Notes: a model not told the origin generated them from the letters alone. A stretch of 64,000 nucleotides of DNA from an uncultured Clostridium sp. (GCA_948470875.1 CAOKQM010000001.1:19993-83992); one strand, 5' to 3'. Positions 10,527 to 21,783 are shown, counted from the stretch's first letter. Made by a program: numbers and translations.

Positions 10527-11774
10527 ATGAAGATTAAATTAGGAGTTTTTTTTGGTGGAAAATCTGTGGAGCATGAAATTGCGGTTATTACAATGAGCCA
10601 GGCAATTTCTGCGATTAATTCAGAGAAATATGAGATTGTTCCAATTTACATTTCAAAAGAAGGTGTGATGTACACAGGAGATGATTTGTTAGATTTGTAT
10701 GCGTATAAAGATATGGAAGTTTTGCTTAAACGCAGTTACAAAGTTTCAGTTGTCAATGACGGAAAAAGTGTGAAAGTGGTAAGATGTCCAGCGCCATGGA
10801 TTGGAAAAAGAGTATTAAATACAATTGATGTTGCATTTCCGATTATGCATGGAACAAATGGGGAAGATGGCACAATTGCTGGATTTTTAAATATGCTTGG
10901 TATTCCGTATGTTGGACCAGATATTTTGGCTTCAAGTATTGGTATGGATAAAATTTTGATGAAAAAAGTGCTAAAAGAATCTGGTATTCCAGTTGTTGAT
11001 TATGTGTCATTTTATAGTATGGAATACATAAAAGAGGAAGAAAAATTTGTGAGTGAAATCACTGAAAACATTGGATTTCCAGTGATTGTGAAACCAGGAA
11101 ATTTGGGTTCGAGTGTTGGAATTAAGAAAGCTAGTAATAAGGCAGAATTAGAAGAAGCAATTGAATTTGCGATGGAATTTTCAGATCGAATTATTGTGGA
11201 AAAGGCGGTTGTGAACTTAAAAGAAATTAATTGTTCTGTGATTGGAAATATTACTCAGACACAAGCTTCTGTTTGTGAAGAGCCATTTTTCTCAGATGAA
11301 ATCTTGAGTTATGCAGATAAATATATGGGAGGAAATGCAAGTAAAAACAAAGCTGGTTTAAAAGGAATTTCAGGAGCTAAGGCTGGAAGTGCAAAAATGG
11401 CTGGTGGAAAAGGAATGGCGGTATCAGATAAAAAATTACCAGCTGATATTCCAGATGAAAAACGTGACGAAATTCAAAAATTAGCGCAAGAAACATTTAA
11501 AATATTAGGATGTAGTGGTGTTGCTAGAATTGATTTTTTAATGGATAAAGATACACAAAAAGTGTATGTGAATGAAATTAATACAATTCCTGGTGCGTTG
11601 TCTTATTATTTATGGGAAGCAAGTGGTAAAACATTTGAGCAAGAATTAGATGAAGTAATTGATATTGCTTTAAAAAGACATAGAGAGCGAGAGAAATTAA
11701 CATTCTCGTATGACCAAAATATTTTAGCAATGCAAGGAAGTCCGAAAATGGGAACAAAAGGAAAAATGAAATAA
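10527..11774 (+). CDS. ddl: D-alanine--D-alanine ligase with a ~30-aa Gly/Lys/Ala-rich insertion
   Basis: MKIKLGVFFGGKSVEHEIAVITMSQAI N-terminus, ATP-grasp core (FPVIVKPGNLGSSVGI), C-terminal GCSGVARIDFLMD...VNEINTIPG. Insertion GGNASKNKAGLKGISGAKAGSAKMAGGKGMAVSDKK sits between the KY and IPA motifs. Confidence 0.85.
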   Translation: MKIKLGVFFGGKSVEHEIAVITMSQAISAINSEKYEIVPIYISKEGVMYTGDDLLDLYAYKDMEVLLKRSYKVSVVNDGKSVKVVRCPAPWIGKRVLNTIDVAFPIMHGTNGEDGTIAGFLNMLGIPYVGPDILASSIGMDKILMKKVLKESGIPVVDYVSFYSMEYIKEEEKFVSEITENIGFPVIVKPGNLGSSVGIKKASNKAELEEAIEFAMEFSDRIIVEKAVVNLKEINCSVIGNITQTQASVCEEPFFSDEILSYADKYMGGNASKNKAGLKGISGAKAGSAKMAGGKGMAVSDKKLPADIPDEKRDEIQKLAQETFKILGCSGVARIDFLMDKDTQKVYVNEINTIPGALSYYLWEASGKTFEQELDEVIDIALKRHREREKLTFSYDQNILAMQGSPKMGTKGKMK

Positions 11775-11784
11775 AAGAAAAAAG

Positions 11785-11838
11785 AGCTGTAAAAAACATA
11801 TCTTTTCAACAAGAGCGAGTTTTGTACAGCTTTTTTGA
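11785..11838 (+). terminator. rho-independent terminator after ddl
   Basis: AGCTGTAAAAAAC...GTTTTGTACAGCT imperfect stem followed by TTTTTT. Confidence 0.5.
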
Positions 11839-11935
11839 TATTAGGAAATATCCATTTTTAAAATAGAATGTAAAATAAATAGATTTTTCTGGTATAAAAA
11901 CATCTGCTTGGAAAATTTGACATATGAACAAATGA

Positions 11936-11977
11936 GTGGACTTTGCAATTATTTAGATGGTGAAAGTCCGCTTTGTT
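11936..11977. repeat. motif Y copy 2
   Basis: GTGGACTTTGCAATTATTTAGATGGTGAAAGTCCGCTTTGTT; see 4698..4751. Confidence 0.5.
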
Positions 11978-11979
11978 TT

Positions 11980-12688
11980 TTAACTGTTTTTAAAATAATC
12001 CATAATACCTGTGTAAATGCCCCAAGCAAGCACCTCTTGATAATTGTCTGTTTTTAGCAAAGAAAGTTCATCTGAATTGGATAAAAAGCCACATTCTACA
12101 ATGGAAAAAGGAATTTCTAAATTTTTGGCAAGATAAATATTTGGCATTTTTTCGGGAACACGTTTATTTTCTTTTTGGATAGCGTAATTTAGATTTTCTT
12201 GAATATTGGTTGCTAAAGTTAAACTTTTTTCATTTTCTGGTTGAAAAAAAGTCTGCCAGCCACTATATTTTGTGCTTGGAATTTTGTTTAAATGAATGGA
12301 AACAAAAATTTCTGCTTTGGATGTATTTCCGATTTCAACACGATTTTTCATATCAGAAACTTTTTTTTGACGGATTGTTTCGCTGTCCAATTCGTAAATT
12401 CCATTTTCGTCAGAACGTGTCAAAATGACGCTACAAGATGACGATTCTAATAATTTTTGCAATTTTTCTACGATAGATAAATTAATCGCTGATTCATAAG
12501 TGCCATCTTCTGCTTCTGCACCACCGGTCTGGCAGTCCATGTCCTGCATCCAAAATCACAACATGATTAGAGACTGGTGTTGAGGAAGTTTCAATGGTAT
12601 GTGGATTTTCTGAAAAACTAAAAAATACAATTGAAATCATCATGCAAGATAAAATAAATACTATTTTCTTTTTGTTTAATAAAATCAT
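11980..12688 (-). pseudogene. cwlD: germination-specific N-acetylmuramoyl-L-alanine amidase CwlD (Amidase_3); +1 frameshift at in-frame CGG (plus-strand CCG 12528-12530)
   Basis: Signal/TM N-terminus, VVILDAGHG in ORF 12494..12703, then GGAEAEDGTYE...IHLN in ORF 11980..12549. Deleting the C restores DAGHGLPDGGAEAEDGT, matching the HGGxDGGA Amidase_3 motif. Likely start at the ATG near 12688 (GGTGA RBS). Confidence 0.7.
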
Positions 12689-12792
12689 AAAATCACCTAC
12701 CAAACTATATGAAAATTTGAATAAGATATGATAAAAGATTTGCTTTTTTTTGCGAAATAAGTTATAATGTAAAAAATTATAAATGGGAAGGA

Positions 12793-14382
12793 ATGAAAAA
12801 AATGCTTATTTCAAATGGAGTTACATTAAGATTTGGCAAACGAGTGTTATTTGAAGATGTTAACATAAAATTCACAAAAGGAAATTGTTATGGTTTGATT
12901 GGCGCAAATGGTGCTGGAAAATCAACTTTTTTGAAAATTTTGTCAGGTGAAATCGAGCCAAACAAAGGAGAAGTTGTATTGGATAAAGGCGAAAGATTAT
13001 CCATATTAAAACAGGACCATTACGCTTTTGAAGGTTATACAGTTTTAGATACGGTTATGATGGGAAATAGTGAATTATACAGAATTATGAAGGAAAAAGA
13101 CGAAATATATAGTAAACCAGATTTTTCAGAAGCAGATGGCATGAAAGCTGCGAAATTAGAAGAACGTTTTGCGGAGTTAGATGGATGGAATGCTGAATCA
13201 GATGCGGCTAAATTATTGAATGATTTGGGAATTGAGAGCGAATTGCATTACAAATATATGAGTGAAATCGAAGCAAGAGATAAAGTAAAAGTATTGCTAG
13301 CACAAAGTTTATTTGGGAATCCAGATGTGCTTTTACTAGATGAACCTACAAATGACTTAGATATCAAAACAATTAATTGGTTGCAGGATTTTTTAATCGA
13401 TTTTGAAAATACAGTCATTGTTGTGTCTCATGACAGATATTTTTTGAATAAAGTTTGTACCCATATTGCGGATGTGGATTTTGGGAAAATTAAAGTATAT
13501 CCAGGAAATTATGATTTTTGGTATGAGTCAAGCCAGTTGGCGTTAAAGCAAATGAAAGAAGCCAACAAAAAGAAAGAAGAACGTATTAAGGAATTACAAG
13601 AATTTATTGCGCGTTTTAGCGCCAATGCCTCAAAATCAAAACAGGCAACCTCAAGGAAAAAATCGTTGGAAAAAATCGAGTTAGATGAAATCAAGCCATC
13701 TAACCGAAAATATCCTTATGTAGATTTTAAGCCAGATCGAGAGCAAGGAAAAGAAGTTTTGGAAATTAAAAATTTGTCGAAAACCATCAATGGAGAAAAA
13801 ATCTTAGATAATATCAGTTTTACGATTAAAAGAGAAGATAAAATAGCGCTTCTTTCTGACAATGAAATTGCCAAAACGGTGTTGTTTCAAATATTGGCAG
13901 GTGAAATAGAGCCAGATTCAGGAGAAATTATTTGGGGAACAACTATTACAAAAGATTATTTCCCAAAAGATAATAATTATTTGTTTGAAGAAGATTTGAC
14001 AATTGTTGACTGGTTAAGACAATATTCGAAAGATCCAGATGAAACGTATGTGAGAGGATTTTTAGGGCGCATGTTATTTTCTGGTGAGGAAGCTTTAAAA
14101 AAAGTAAATGTGATGTCAGGTGGAGAAAAAGTGCGCTGTGTGCTTTCAAAATTAATGCTTTCAGGAGCCAATTTCTTGATTTTTGATGAGCCAACTAATC
14201 ATTTGGATATGGAATCTATTACAGCTTTAAATGAAGGAATGCAAAAATATAAAGGAATTATGTTATTTACTTCGCATGATCATCAATTAACACAAACTGT
14301 GGCAAATAAAATTGTGGATATTACAGATAATGACGTGGTTGTAAGAGAATGTACGTATGATGAATATTTAGAAGAAAAATAA
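12793..14382 (+). CDS. ABC-F family ATPase (two tandem ABC domains, no TM domain)
   Basis: Two Walker A motifs (GANGAGKST; second NBD degenerate), two LSGGE signatures, Walker B LLLDEPTNDLD / LIFDEPTNHLD, basic interdomain linker. EttA/Uup/YdiF-like versus antibiotic-resistance ABC-F cannot be decided from sequence. Confidence 0.75.
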   Translation: MKKMLISNGVTLRFGKRVLFEDVNIKFTKGNCYGLIGANGAGKSTFLKILSGEIEPNKGEVVLDKGERLSILKQDHYAFEGYTVLDTVMMGNSELYRIMKEKDEIYSKPDFSEADGMKAAKLEERFAELDGWNAESDAAKLLNDLGIESELHYKYMSEIEARDKVKVLLAQSLFGNPDVLLLDEPTNDLDIKTINWLQDFLIDFENTVIVVSHDRYFLNKVCTHIADVDFGKIKVYPGNYDFWYESSQLALKQMKEANKKKEERIKELQEFIARFSANASKSKQATSRKKSLEKIELDEIKPSNRKYPYVDFKPDREQGKEVLEIKNLSKTINGEKILDNISFTIKREDKIALLSDNEIAKTVLFQILAGEIEPDSGEIIWGTTITKDYFPKDNNYLFEEDLTIVDWLRQYSKDPDETYVRGFLGRMLFSGEEALKKVNVMSGGEKVRCVLSKLMLSGANFLIFDEPTNHLDMESITALNEGMQKYKGIMLFTSHDHQLTQTVANKIVDITDNDVVVRECTYDEYLEEK

Positions 14383-14512
14383 GCTCAAATTTTAGTATAT
14401 AAAAAATGGAAAAAAAGGCAATGATTGGCAAACTGCGTGTTTTTATAGACAAAGAAAATATTGTTTGGTACAATATTTTTAAAGGCTTGTTACAAGGAAG
14501 GAACTTAAAGAT

Positions 14513-15133
14513 ATGGAAGTACAGATAAAAAGTGAGGCTTTGTGCGAAATAATAGGCAGAAAACTTCAAAAAAAAGAGGTACAAAAGATTGAGCAAGAAG
14601 AATTAGGAAAAATCAAGGAACTTACTTTAAATCAAAAGAAACTCTCTGGAAAGAAAAATGACATTTATTTGCAGGAATTAATTTTTTTTAAAGGATTAGA
14701 ACAATTAACCATTTGTGGATTTGAAATAAGTGATTTTGTAATTGATATCATCAATCAATGCAAAACGTTAAAAAAAATTCAATTTACGAAATGTAAGTGG
14801 AATGCTCAAAATCGTTTAAAAGATGATTTAGAATATTTGGTGATTGATTCTTGTACTGATTTAAAAGAACAAATTTTGGGAAATAGCAAGTGTATCCGAA
14901 TTGTTGGGAATAAAAAATTGGATTTGGCAAAAGGCAAACACATTTCTAAGATTGAAAAATTATATTTGCAAAATTGTAATATTTTTCATTTTGCAGAAAT
15001 TATAAATTTTAAAAATTTGCACTATTTGAATTTGGATGGAAGTAAAATAAGCGACAAAGATATTTTAGAGAAATTGGCAGGAAAAATAGAGATACACAAG
15101 AGAAAAAATTATGATATTTCGGAAGGAAATTAA
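14513..15133 (+). CDS. leucine-rich-repeat-like protein
   Basis: Repeated LxxLxLxxC/N segments (LTICGFEIS, LEYLVIDSCTDL, LYLQNCNIF, LNLDGSKIS). Ends at TAA 15131-15133, immediately followed in the same frame by the next LRR ORF. Confidence 0.45.
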   Translation: MEVQIKSEALCEIIGRKLQKKEVQKIEQEELGKIKELTLNQKKLSGKKNDIYLQELIFFKGLEQLTICGFEISDFVIDIINQCKTLKKIQFTKCKWNAQNRLKDDLEYLVIDSCTDLKEQILGNSKCIRIVGNKKLDLAKGKHISKIEKLYLQNCNIFHFAEIINFKNLHYLNLDGSKISDKDILEKLAGKIEIHKRKNYDISEGN

Positions 15134-17147
15134 ATGAAAGAAATCAGATTAAAAAGTCAAAAATTAATTTCACAATTTGGAAAAGAAATCATTACGAGAA
15201 GGGATTTTTGGGAAATTGAGATTGATGAAAAAACCAAACCAGAGGAAATCCAAGAATACATTCAAATTCTTACTCAATTAAAAATCGAAAAACTAGGTAT
15301 TTCTAGCAAAGGGCAAAATGACAAAATGGCGGAACTATTAAAGATGTTGCCTGAAACGATAAAAGGATTAGAGTTAAGGATAGAAGATGGTGAAAATGCA
15401 CCAAAAGTAGATTTGGATTTTGCACAATTAGGAGCCACAAAATTAAAGGAATTAAGTATTGAAGGCTCATCGATACAAAGCATTAAAAACATACCAGAAT
15501 CTGTAAAAACCTTGGAAGCCTCTGATTGTAATCAAATGGATTGGTCAGCTGTAGATTTTGAAAAATTTTGGAATATGAGTTTTTGGGATATCAATTTTAA
15601 ATCTGAAGATTTAGAAAGAATTTGTATGTCAAGACAGAAGTATAATTTTACGAATTGTGATTGTGAAAATGCAACGGAGTTGGAAAAAGGTTTTTTAATG
15701 GACTATAAAATTGTAAGTACTTATCCCAAATTAGTAGAAGATTTAGAAAATTTGAGCCAAAGGGAAATTCTTTTGTTAGAAAGAAGTCAAAGGAAAGTTA
15801 TTGTTTCTGTAAAAGATTTAGAAAAGTTAAAAGGAAGAAAAGAATTTAAAGGAATCAATTTGGTAGTAAGAATTGATTCGATTGCTGAACTATCTTGTGA
15901 GCAATTGGAAACATTAGAAAAAGAATTTTCCATTCAACAAATACAAGTCTATAATCCAGAAGTTTCAAACAAGACAACGAATAGTCCATATGACATAGAG
16001 ACTTATAAAGCGATTGTTTCAAAAGCAAATGAATTAGTGGAAGGAATACCAGATAATTGGAAAGAACAAGAAAAATTTAGGGAAATTTATAAAAGAATTT
16101 GTCAACATATTGTGTATGATTACATAGCTGCTTATCCAGATGAAGAAAAAGTGGAAGAACAAGAATATGCGTATAGGGTAAAAAAAGAGTGTAGAAATTT
16201 GGAAAATGGCTTAGTTAGAAGGAAAGTGCGTATGCAGCGGTTATGCGGATATTTTAAGAAATGTGTGTGCCTTAAAAGAAATAGAAGCTAAATATATCGT
16301 TGGATTTCCTCCAAATGATAAGATAGGGCATGCTTGGAATCAAGTAAAATTAAATGGGAAATGGTATAATTGCGATGCAACTTGGGCAGATGATTCAAAT
16401 GCAAAGTACTATTTATTAAGTGACGAAGAGTTTTATGAAAGTCATAAAAAATACAGTGAAATAGAAACTGTTGTTCACGAATGTCCAGAAACCTATGATA
16501 GAGAAATGATTGATAAAATATCAACTAATTCGCTGTTGCAATTAATTTATGAGTGTGATACACCAGTAGTTCTTGAATTACTACAAAAAGAAAATCATAT
16601 TTGGTTGGGAAACAGCCAAGATGACACTATTTTTTGTGGCAAATTAGAAAACAAAGATGAAATGAAATTGATTCTAAAACAGCTTTTAGAAAAGAATCCA
16701 ATTAAAAATATGAAAGTATTTGAACAATATAGTGTAGAAGTTTTATTGGAAAGTGGAATGAAATTAGAAATGCTTTCAAGTGAATTTCAAAAAATGAGTC
16801 AACTTTATACTAAAAAATTTGCTTTTGATGAAGCAAACCAAAAGGTCAGTTTTGCAGACAAAATTCAAGATGAAAATGGACAAATGCAGTTTTTAGCACA
16901 ATATCCATTATTGCAGAAATTGCCATTTGTCAAAAAACATGGACAAAAACAAGAAATTGCCAAACAACAAAAACAGCCAAAACAAGAATTACCAAATAGG
17001 TTTGAGCAATATGCTTTAACTGGTGATAATTTAGTAAAATTTAATCAAAAAACAGAAAAATTGCTTGTAGATTCTGCACTTATGGGCCAAGAACCATCAC
17101 AAGAAAATACTTTAAATCAATATGATGTAGATAGAGGAGAGAATTAA
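15134..17147 (+). pseudogene. LRR-containing transglutaminase-like cysteine peptidase-domain protein; +1 frameshift at in-frame AGG 16220-16222
   Basis: LRR-like N-terminal half. TGase core CVCSGYADILRNVCALKEIEAKYIVGF...GHAWNQVKLNGKWYNCDATW (Cys-His-Asp) lies only in the +1 frame from about 16221. Removing one A (AGA AGG AAA to AGA GGA AAG) joins the frames. Confidence 0.65.
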
Positions 17148-17148
17148 A

Positions 17149-19303
17149 ATGCAAAAAATTTTTAATAAAATAGCAGAAGAGTTACAAATTCGCCAGTCTC
17201 AAGTAGAAGCGACTGTTAAGTTAATGGATGAAGGAAATACAATTCCCTTTATTGCACGTTACAGAAAAGAGCTAACTGGAAATTTAAGTGACGAAGTTTT
17301 GCGTAGCTTGGACGAACGATTAAAATATCTGCGCAATTTAGAAGCACGAAAAGAAGAAATTATTCGTTTGATTGAAGCCCAAGGAAAATTAACAGATGAA
17401 TTAACAATCAAAATTGCAAGTACTATGATTTTGTCCGAATTGGAAGATATTTATCGTCCATTTAAGCCAAAAAAAAGAACCCGTGCAACCATTGCTAAAG
17501 AAAAAGGTTTAGAACCACTTAGTCATATGATTTATTTGCAATGTGAAAAAAGAGATTTATTTGAAATAGCAAAAGAGTATATAAATGAAGAAAAAGACGT
17601 GAATTCAGAAGAAGAGGCGATAAATGGCGCGTTAGACATTATTGCGGAAAATATTGCAGATAATAGTGATTATCGTAAAAAAATTAAGTACTTTTGTTTT
17701 CGCGAAGCTGTGATTTCTTCCAAAAAGGCAAAAGAGGAAAAATCGCCTTACGAAATGTATTATGATTACGCAGAAGCTATTTTGAAAATGCCAAGTCACC
17801 GAATTTTAGCAATCAATCGAGGAGAAAATGAGGAATTTTTGAAAGTCAAATTGGAAAAGCCAGAAGAAAAAATTATCGATTATTTGAAAAAGCAAATCAT
17901 ACAAGATTATAAAAGTCAGTTTGCGGAAAAGTTAGAAAAAGCAATTTTGGATGCTTATAAAAGATTGATTGAACCTTCGATTGAGAGAGAAATCCGTTCG
18001 GATTTGACCGAAAAAGCTGAAGAACAAGCCATTAAAGTATTTGGCAAAAATGCAAAACAATTGTTGTTGCAACCACCCATTAAAAACATGACAGTTATGG
18101 GATTTGATCCAGCTTACCGAACTGGTTGCAAAATTGCGGTAATTGATAAAACAGGAAAAGTGTTAGCCACAACAACTGTGTATCCAACAGAGCCACAAAA
18201 CGACATAAATGGTGCAAAAACCGTTTTAAAAGAATTAATCAGCAAATATCATGTCAATATGATTGCTATTGGAAATGGGACAGCTTCGCGCGAATCCGAA
18301 ATGTTTGTTTCAGACATGATAAAAGAAATGGAAGGCGAGATTTATTATGCCATTGTAAGTGAGGCGGGAGCTTCTGTGTATTCTGCTTCGAAGTTGGCAA
18401 CAGAGGAATATCCAGATATCAATGTTTCACTTCGTGGTGCAATTTCGATTGCGCGCAGATTGCAAGATCCACTTTCAGAATTGGTGAAAATTGATCCAAA
18501 ATCAATTGGAGTTGGGCAATATCAGCATGATGTGAATCAAAAAAAGTTGAATGAAAGTTTGGCAGGTGTTGTAGAAGATGCGGTTAATTCTGTTGGTGTG
18601 GACGTTAATACCGCGACACCATCTCTATTGTCATATGTTGCTGGAATCAATCGGAACCATTGCGAAAAACATTGTGAAATATCGTGATGAAAATGGGGAG
18701 TTAAAGCAAAGAAAAGAACTTTTGAAAGTGCCTAAATTGGGGCCTGCGGCATTTAAGCAATGCGCGGGATTTATCCGAATTTTTGGTGGAAAAAATCCAT
18801 TGGAAGTGACGAGTGTTCACCCAGAAAGTTATGAAATTGCAGAAAAGTTATTGACAAAATTTGGATATTGCGTGGAAAACTTATTGGACAAAGAAAAGTT
18901 ACAAGAAATCAAGAATAGTTTTAAACAAATTGATGTGGAAAAAACAGCCAAAGAATTGGAAGTTGGAACCTTAACATTAAAAGATATTATCAATGAATTG
19001 TCGAAACCAGGAAGAGATCCAAGAGAGGATTTGCCAAAACCGATTTTGAGAAGTGATGTTTTGAAATTTGAGGATTTAAAAGAAGGCATGGAATTGACAG
19101 GAACAGTCAGAAATGTTATTGATTTTGGTGCATTTGTGGATATTGGTGTAAAGTATGATGGTTTAGTGCATATTTCGGAAATGGCTGAGAAATATATTAA
19201 AAATCCAGCAGAAGTTGTGTCTGTTGGAGATGTTGTGAAAGTCAAAGTAATTGGGATTGATCAAGAAAAACACAAAGTGAGTTTGTCGATGAAATTAAAA
19301 TAA
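17149..19303 (+). pseudogene. tex: transcription accessory protein Tex (YqgF + HhH + S1 domains); +1 frameshift at in-frame CGG 18652-18654
   Basis: N-terminal IAEELQIRQSQVEATVKLMDEGNTIPFIARYRKE; YqgF-like MGFDPAYRTGCKIAVID; HhH region; C-terminal S1 domain GMELTGTVRNVIDFGAFVDIG...VKVKVIGID. C deletion gives SYVAGINGTIAKNIVKYRDENG. Confidence 0.85.
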
Positions 19304-19377
19304 AAAGTATTGACAATTTTGAAAAAATAGTATATTATAACACAAACAAAAGTTTTGTAAAATAAAGAGGAGAAAAA

Positions 19378-21675
19378 ATGGGATTATTAGATGAATTAAA
19401 TGATAAGCAATATGAGGCAGTAACTTGCATAGAAGGTCCAAGTTTAGTCATTGCTGGTGCAGGAAGTGGAAAAACAAAAGTTTTAACACATAAAATAGCT
19501 TATTTAATGGGAGAAAAAGGAATAAAACCATGGAATATTTTAGCGATTACTTTTACTAATAAAGCTGCCAATGAAATGAAAGAAAGAGTCAAAAATTTAG
19601 TTGGAGAAACAGCAAATGATATTTGGATGGGAACATTTCACTCAATTTGTGTAAGAATTTTACGAAAAACGATTGATCGAATTGGATTTGATAGTTCATT
19701 TGTGATTTTTGATACATCAGATCAAAAAACAATGATTAAGAAAATTTTAAAAGAACAAAATTTAGATGATAAAATTTTTACGGATAAATCTGTTTTATAT
19801 GAAATTAGTAATGCCAAAAATGAAATGCTTACACCTGCTCAATATATGGCACGTTATAATGGGGATTTTAGAAAAGAGAAGATTGGTGAGATTTTCAGTA
19901 TTTATCAAAGAAGATTAAAAGAAAATAATGCCATTGATTTTGACGATATTATTAACTTCACAATCGAAATATTATTAGATAATCCAGACATTTTAGAATA
20001 TTACTCCGATAAATTTAAATATGTTTTGGTGGATGAATACCAAGATACCAACAAAGCACAATTTACATTAGTAACATTATTGGCAAGTAAATTTGGAAAT
20101 ATTACAGTTGTAGGAGATAATGACCAAGGAATTTATTCTTTCAGAGGGGCTGATATTACAAATATTTTGAATTTTGAAAAGGATTTTCCTGGAACAAGAA
20201 TTATCAAATTAGAACAAAACTACAGATGTACACAAAATGTTTTAAATGCAGCCAACGCTGTCATTAAAAATAATGAAACTAAATATGAAAAAAAATTGTG
20301 GACAAGTAATGAAGCTGGTGCTTTACCCAAAGTGTATCGTGGAGATAATGAATATGATGAAGCAAATTATATTGCAAGTCAGATTAATTCTTTACGCAGA
20401 GAAGAATATTATAAATATTCGGATTTTGCAGTTTTATATAGAATGAATACTCAATCACGTAGCATAGAAGATATTTTGCGTAGAGAAGATATTCCTTATA
20501 GAATTATTGGTGGACTTAAATTCTATGAAAGAAAAGAGATTAAAGATATCATTGCATATTTAAGATTGATTCACAATACAGCTGATAATTTAAGTTTAAC
20601 AAGAATTATCAATGAACCAAAACGTGGTGTGGGAAAAACCAGTTTGGAAAATGTGGAGCAATTAGCTGCAAGTAATGGTGTTTCGATGTATGAAGTAATT
20701 AAAAGGGCAGATGAATTTGGACTAAACCGAGTTTTTGGAAATACCAGAGAATTCATTCAAAGTATTGAGGAATTGCGAGATGCCAAAGATTCCAAAGTAA
20801 TTTCTGAATTAATTAAAGAAACTTTGAAAAAAACAGGTTATATGCAAAGTTTAAAAGATGAAAATACTATTGAAGCTGAAAACAGAATCGAAAATTTGAA
20901 TGAATTTTTAACAGTTGCCATTGAATTTGAAGAACAAGCAGCAGATAATTCTTTAACAGAATTTTTGGAAGGAATTACATTAAGTTCAGATTTAGATGGA
21001 ATGGAAGAAACTGAAAATTCTGTCACCTTAATGACATTACATAGTGCCAAAGGACTTGAATTTCCAGCAGTTTTCTTAGTGGGAATGGAAGAAGGAATTT
21101 TTCCAGGTTATAAATCAATTGGAGAACCAAAAGAATTAGAAGAAGAACGAAGATTATGCTATGTAGGAATTACACGTGCGAAAGAGAAATTATTTATGAC
21201 GTGCAGTAAACAAAGAACGATTTTTGGGTCAACTAGTTTTAATTCAGTTTCAAGATTTATCAAAGAAATACCAGCTAATTTATTGGATGGTTATAATGAA
21301 TTAGAAAAAAGCAATCAAGATAGATTTGCCGATAGTAAATATGAATGGAGCTATGGAAATGCCAGTAATCAAGGATTATTTAGCAGTTCTGTAACATCTT
21401 ATAAAAGTAATGAAATTCCTAAAAAAGTGGCTGCATCAAGTTTAGGGTTTAAGAGTGCAGAAAGCTTTTTGGCAAATTTGAATCAGAAAAAAAGTGGTTC
21501 AGAACTTAATTTAGAAGCCTATCAAGCAGGTGTTAAAGTATTTCATAAGAAATTTGGCGAAGGTGTTATTAATACAGTTGAAGCAGAAGGTGATGATTTA
21601 AAAGTTGATATTTCATTTGAAAAAGCAGGTCATAAAAGACTGATGGCAAGATTTGCTGGGTTAGAGATTATTTAA
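19378..21675 (+). CDS. pcrA: ATP-dependent DNA helicase PcrA/UvrD
   Basis: 765 aa. Walker A AGAGSGKTKVLT, motifs Ia, II (DEYQDTN), III, IV, V, VI (VGITRAKEKLF), C-terminal accessory region. Confidence 0.9.
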   Translation: MGLLDELNDKQYEAVTCIEGPSLVIAGAGSGKTKVLTHKIAYLMGEKGIKPWNILAITFTNKAANEMKERVKNLVGETANDIWMGTFHSICVRILRKTIDRIGFDSSFVIFDTSDQKTMIKKILKEQNLDDKIFTDKSVLYEISNAKNEMLTPAQYMARYNGDFRKEKIGEIFSIYQRRLKENNAIDFDDIINFTIEILLDNPDILEYYSDKFKYVLVDEYQDTNKAQFTLVTLLASKFGNITVVGDNDQGIYSFRGADITNILNFEKDFPGTRIIKLEQNYRCTQNVLNAANAVIKNNETKYEKKLWTSNEAGALPKVYRGDNEYDEANYIASQINSLRREEYYKYSDFAVLYRMNTQSRSIEDILRREDIPYRIIGGLKFYERKEIKDIIAYLRLIHNTADNLSLTRIINEPKRGVGKTSLENVEQLAASNGVSMYEVIKRADEFGLNRVFGNTREFIQSIEELRDAKDSKVISELIKETLKKTGYMQSLKDENTIEAENRIENLNEFLTVAIEFEEQAADNSLTEFLEGITLSSDLDGMEETENSVTLMTLHSAKGLEFPAVFLVGMEEGIFPGYKSIGEPKELEEERRLCYVGITRAKEKLFMTCSKQRTIFGSTSFNSVSRFIKEIPANLLDGYNELEKSNQDRFADSKYEWSYGNASNQGLFSSSVTSYKSNEIPKKVAASSLGFKSAESFLANLNQKKSGSELNLEAYQAGVKVFHKKFGEGVINTVEAEGDDLKVDISFEKAGHKRLMARFAGLEII

Positions 21676-21685
21676 GTAGAAAAAA

Positions 21686-21713
21686 AGTATTAGTAAAACT
21701 AATACTCTTTTTA
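21686..21713 (+). terminator. rho-independent terminator after pcrA
   Basis: GTATTAGT-AAAA-ACTAATAC hairpin plus TCTTTTTATT. Confidence 0.65.
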
Positions 21714-21783
21714 TTATTTCAAAAATATGTATAAAATTTTCCTAAGTTACAAAAAATAAGCAAAAAGAATTGAGGAGAATTTT

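Noticed and set aside
16227-16291. Alternative join of the transglutaminase-like gene at in-frame CGG 16239-16241 (CAG CGG TTA), which would fit the C-before-GG pattern
   Set aside because: That reading (…VRMQGYADIL…) loses the catalytic Cys. The frame carrying GKCVCSGYADIL (the C-x-x-[FY]-A TGase motif) is already established by about 16221, so the shift must be the extra A at AGA-AGG-AAA.
14513-17147. Single fused LRR-transglutaminase gene spanning 14513..17147 via readthrough of TAA 15131-15133
   Set aside because: Possible, but the downstream ATG has a plausible GGAAGGA RBS, so two genes is the conservative call. Noted only under the in-frame-stop finding.
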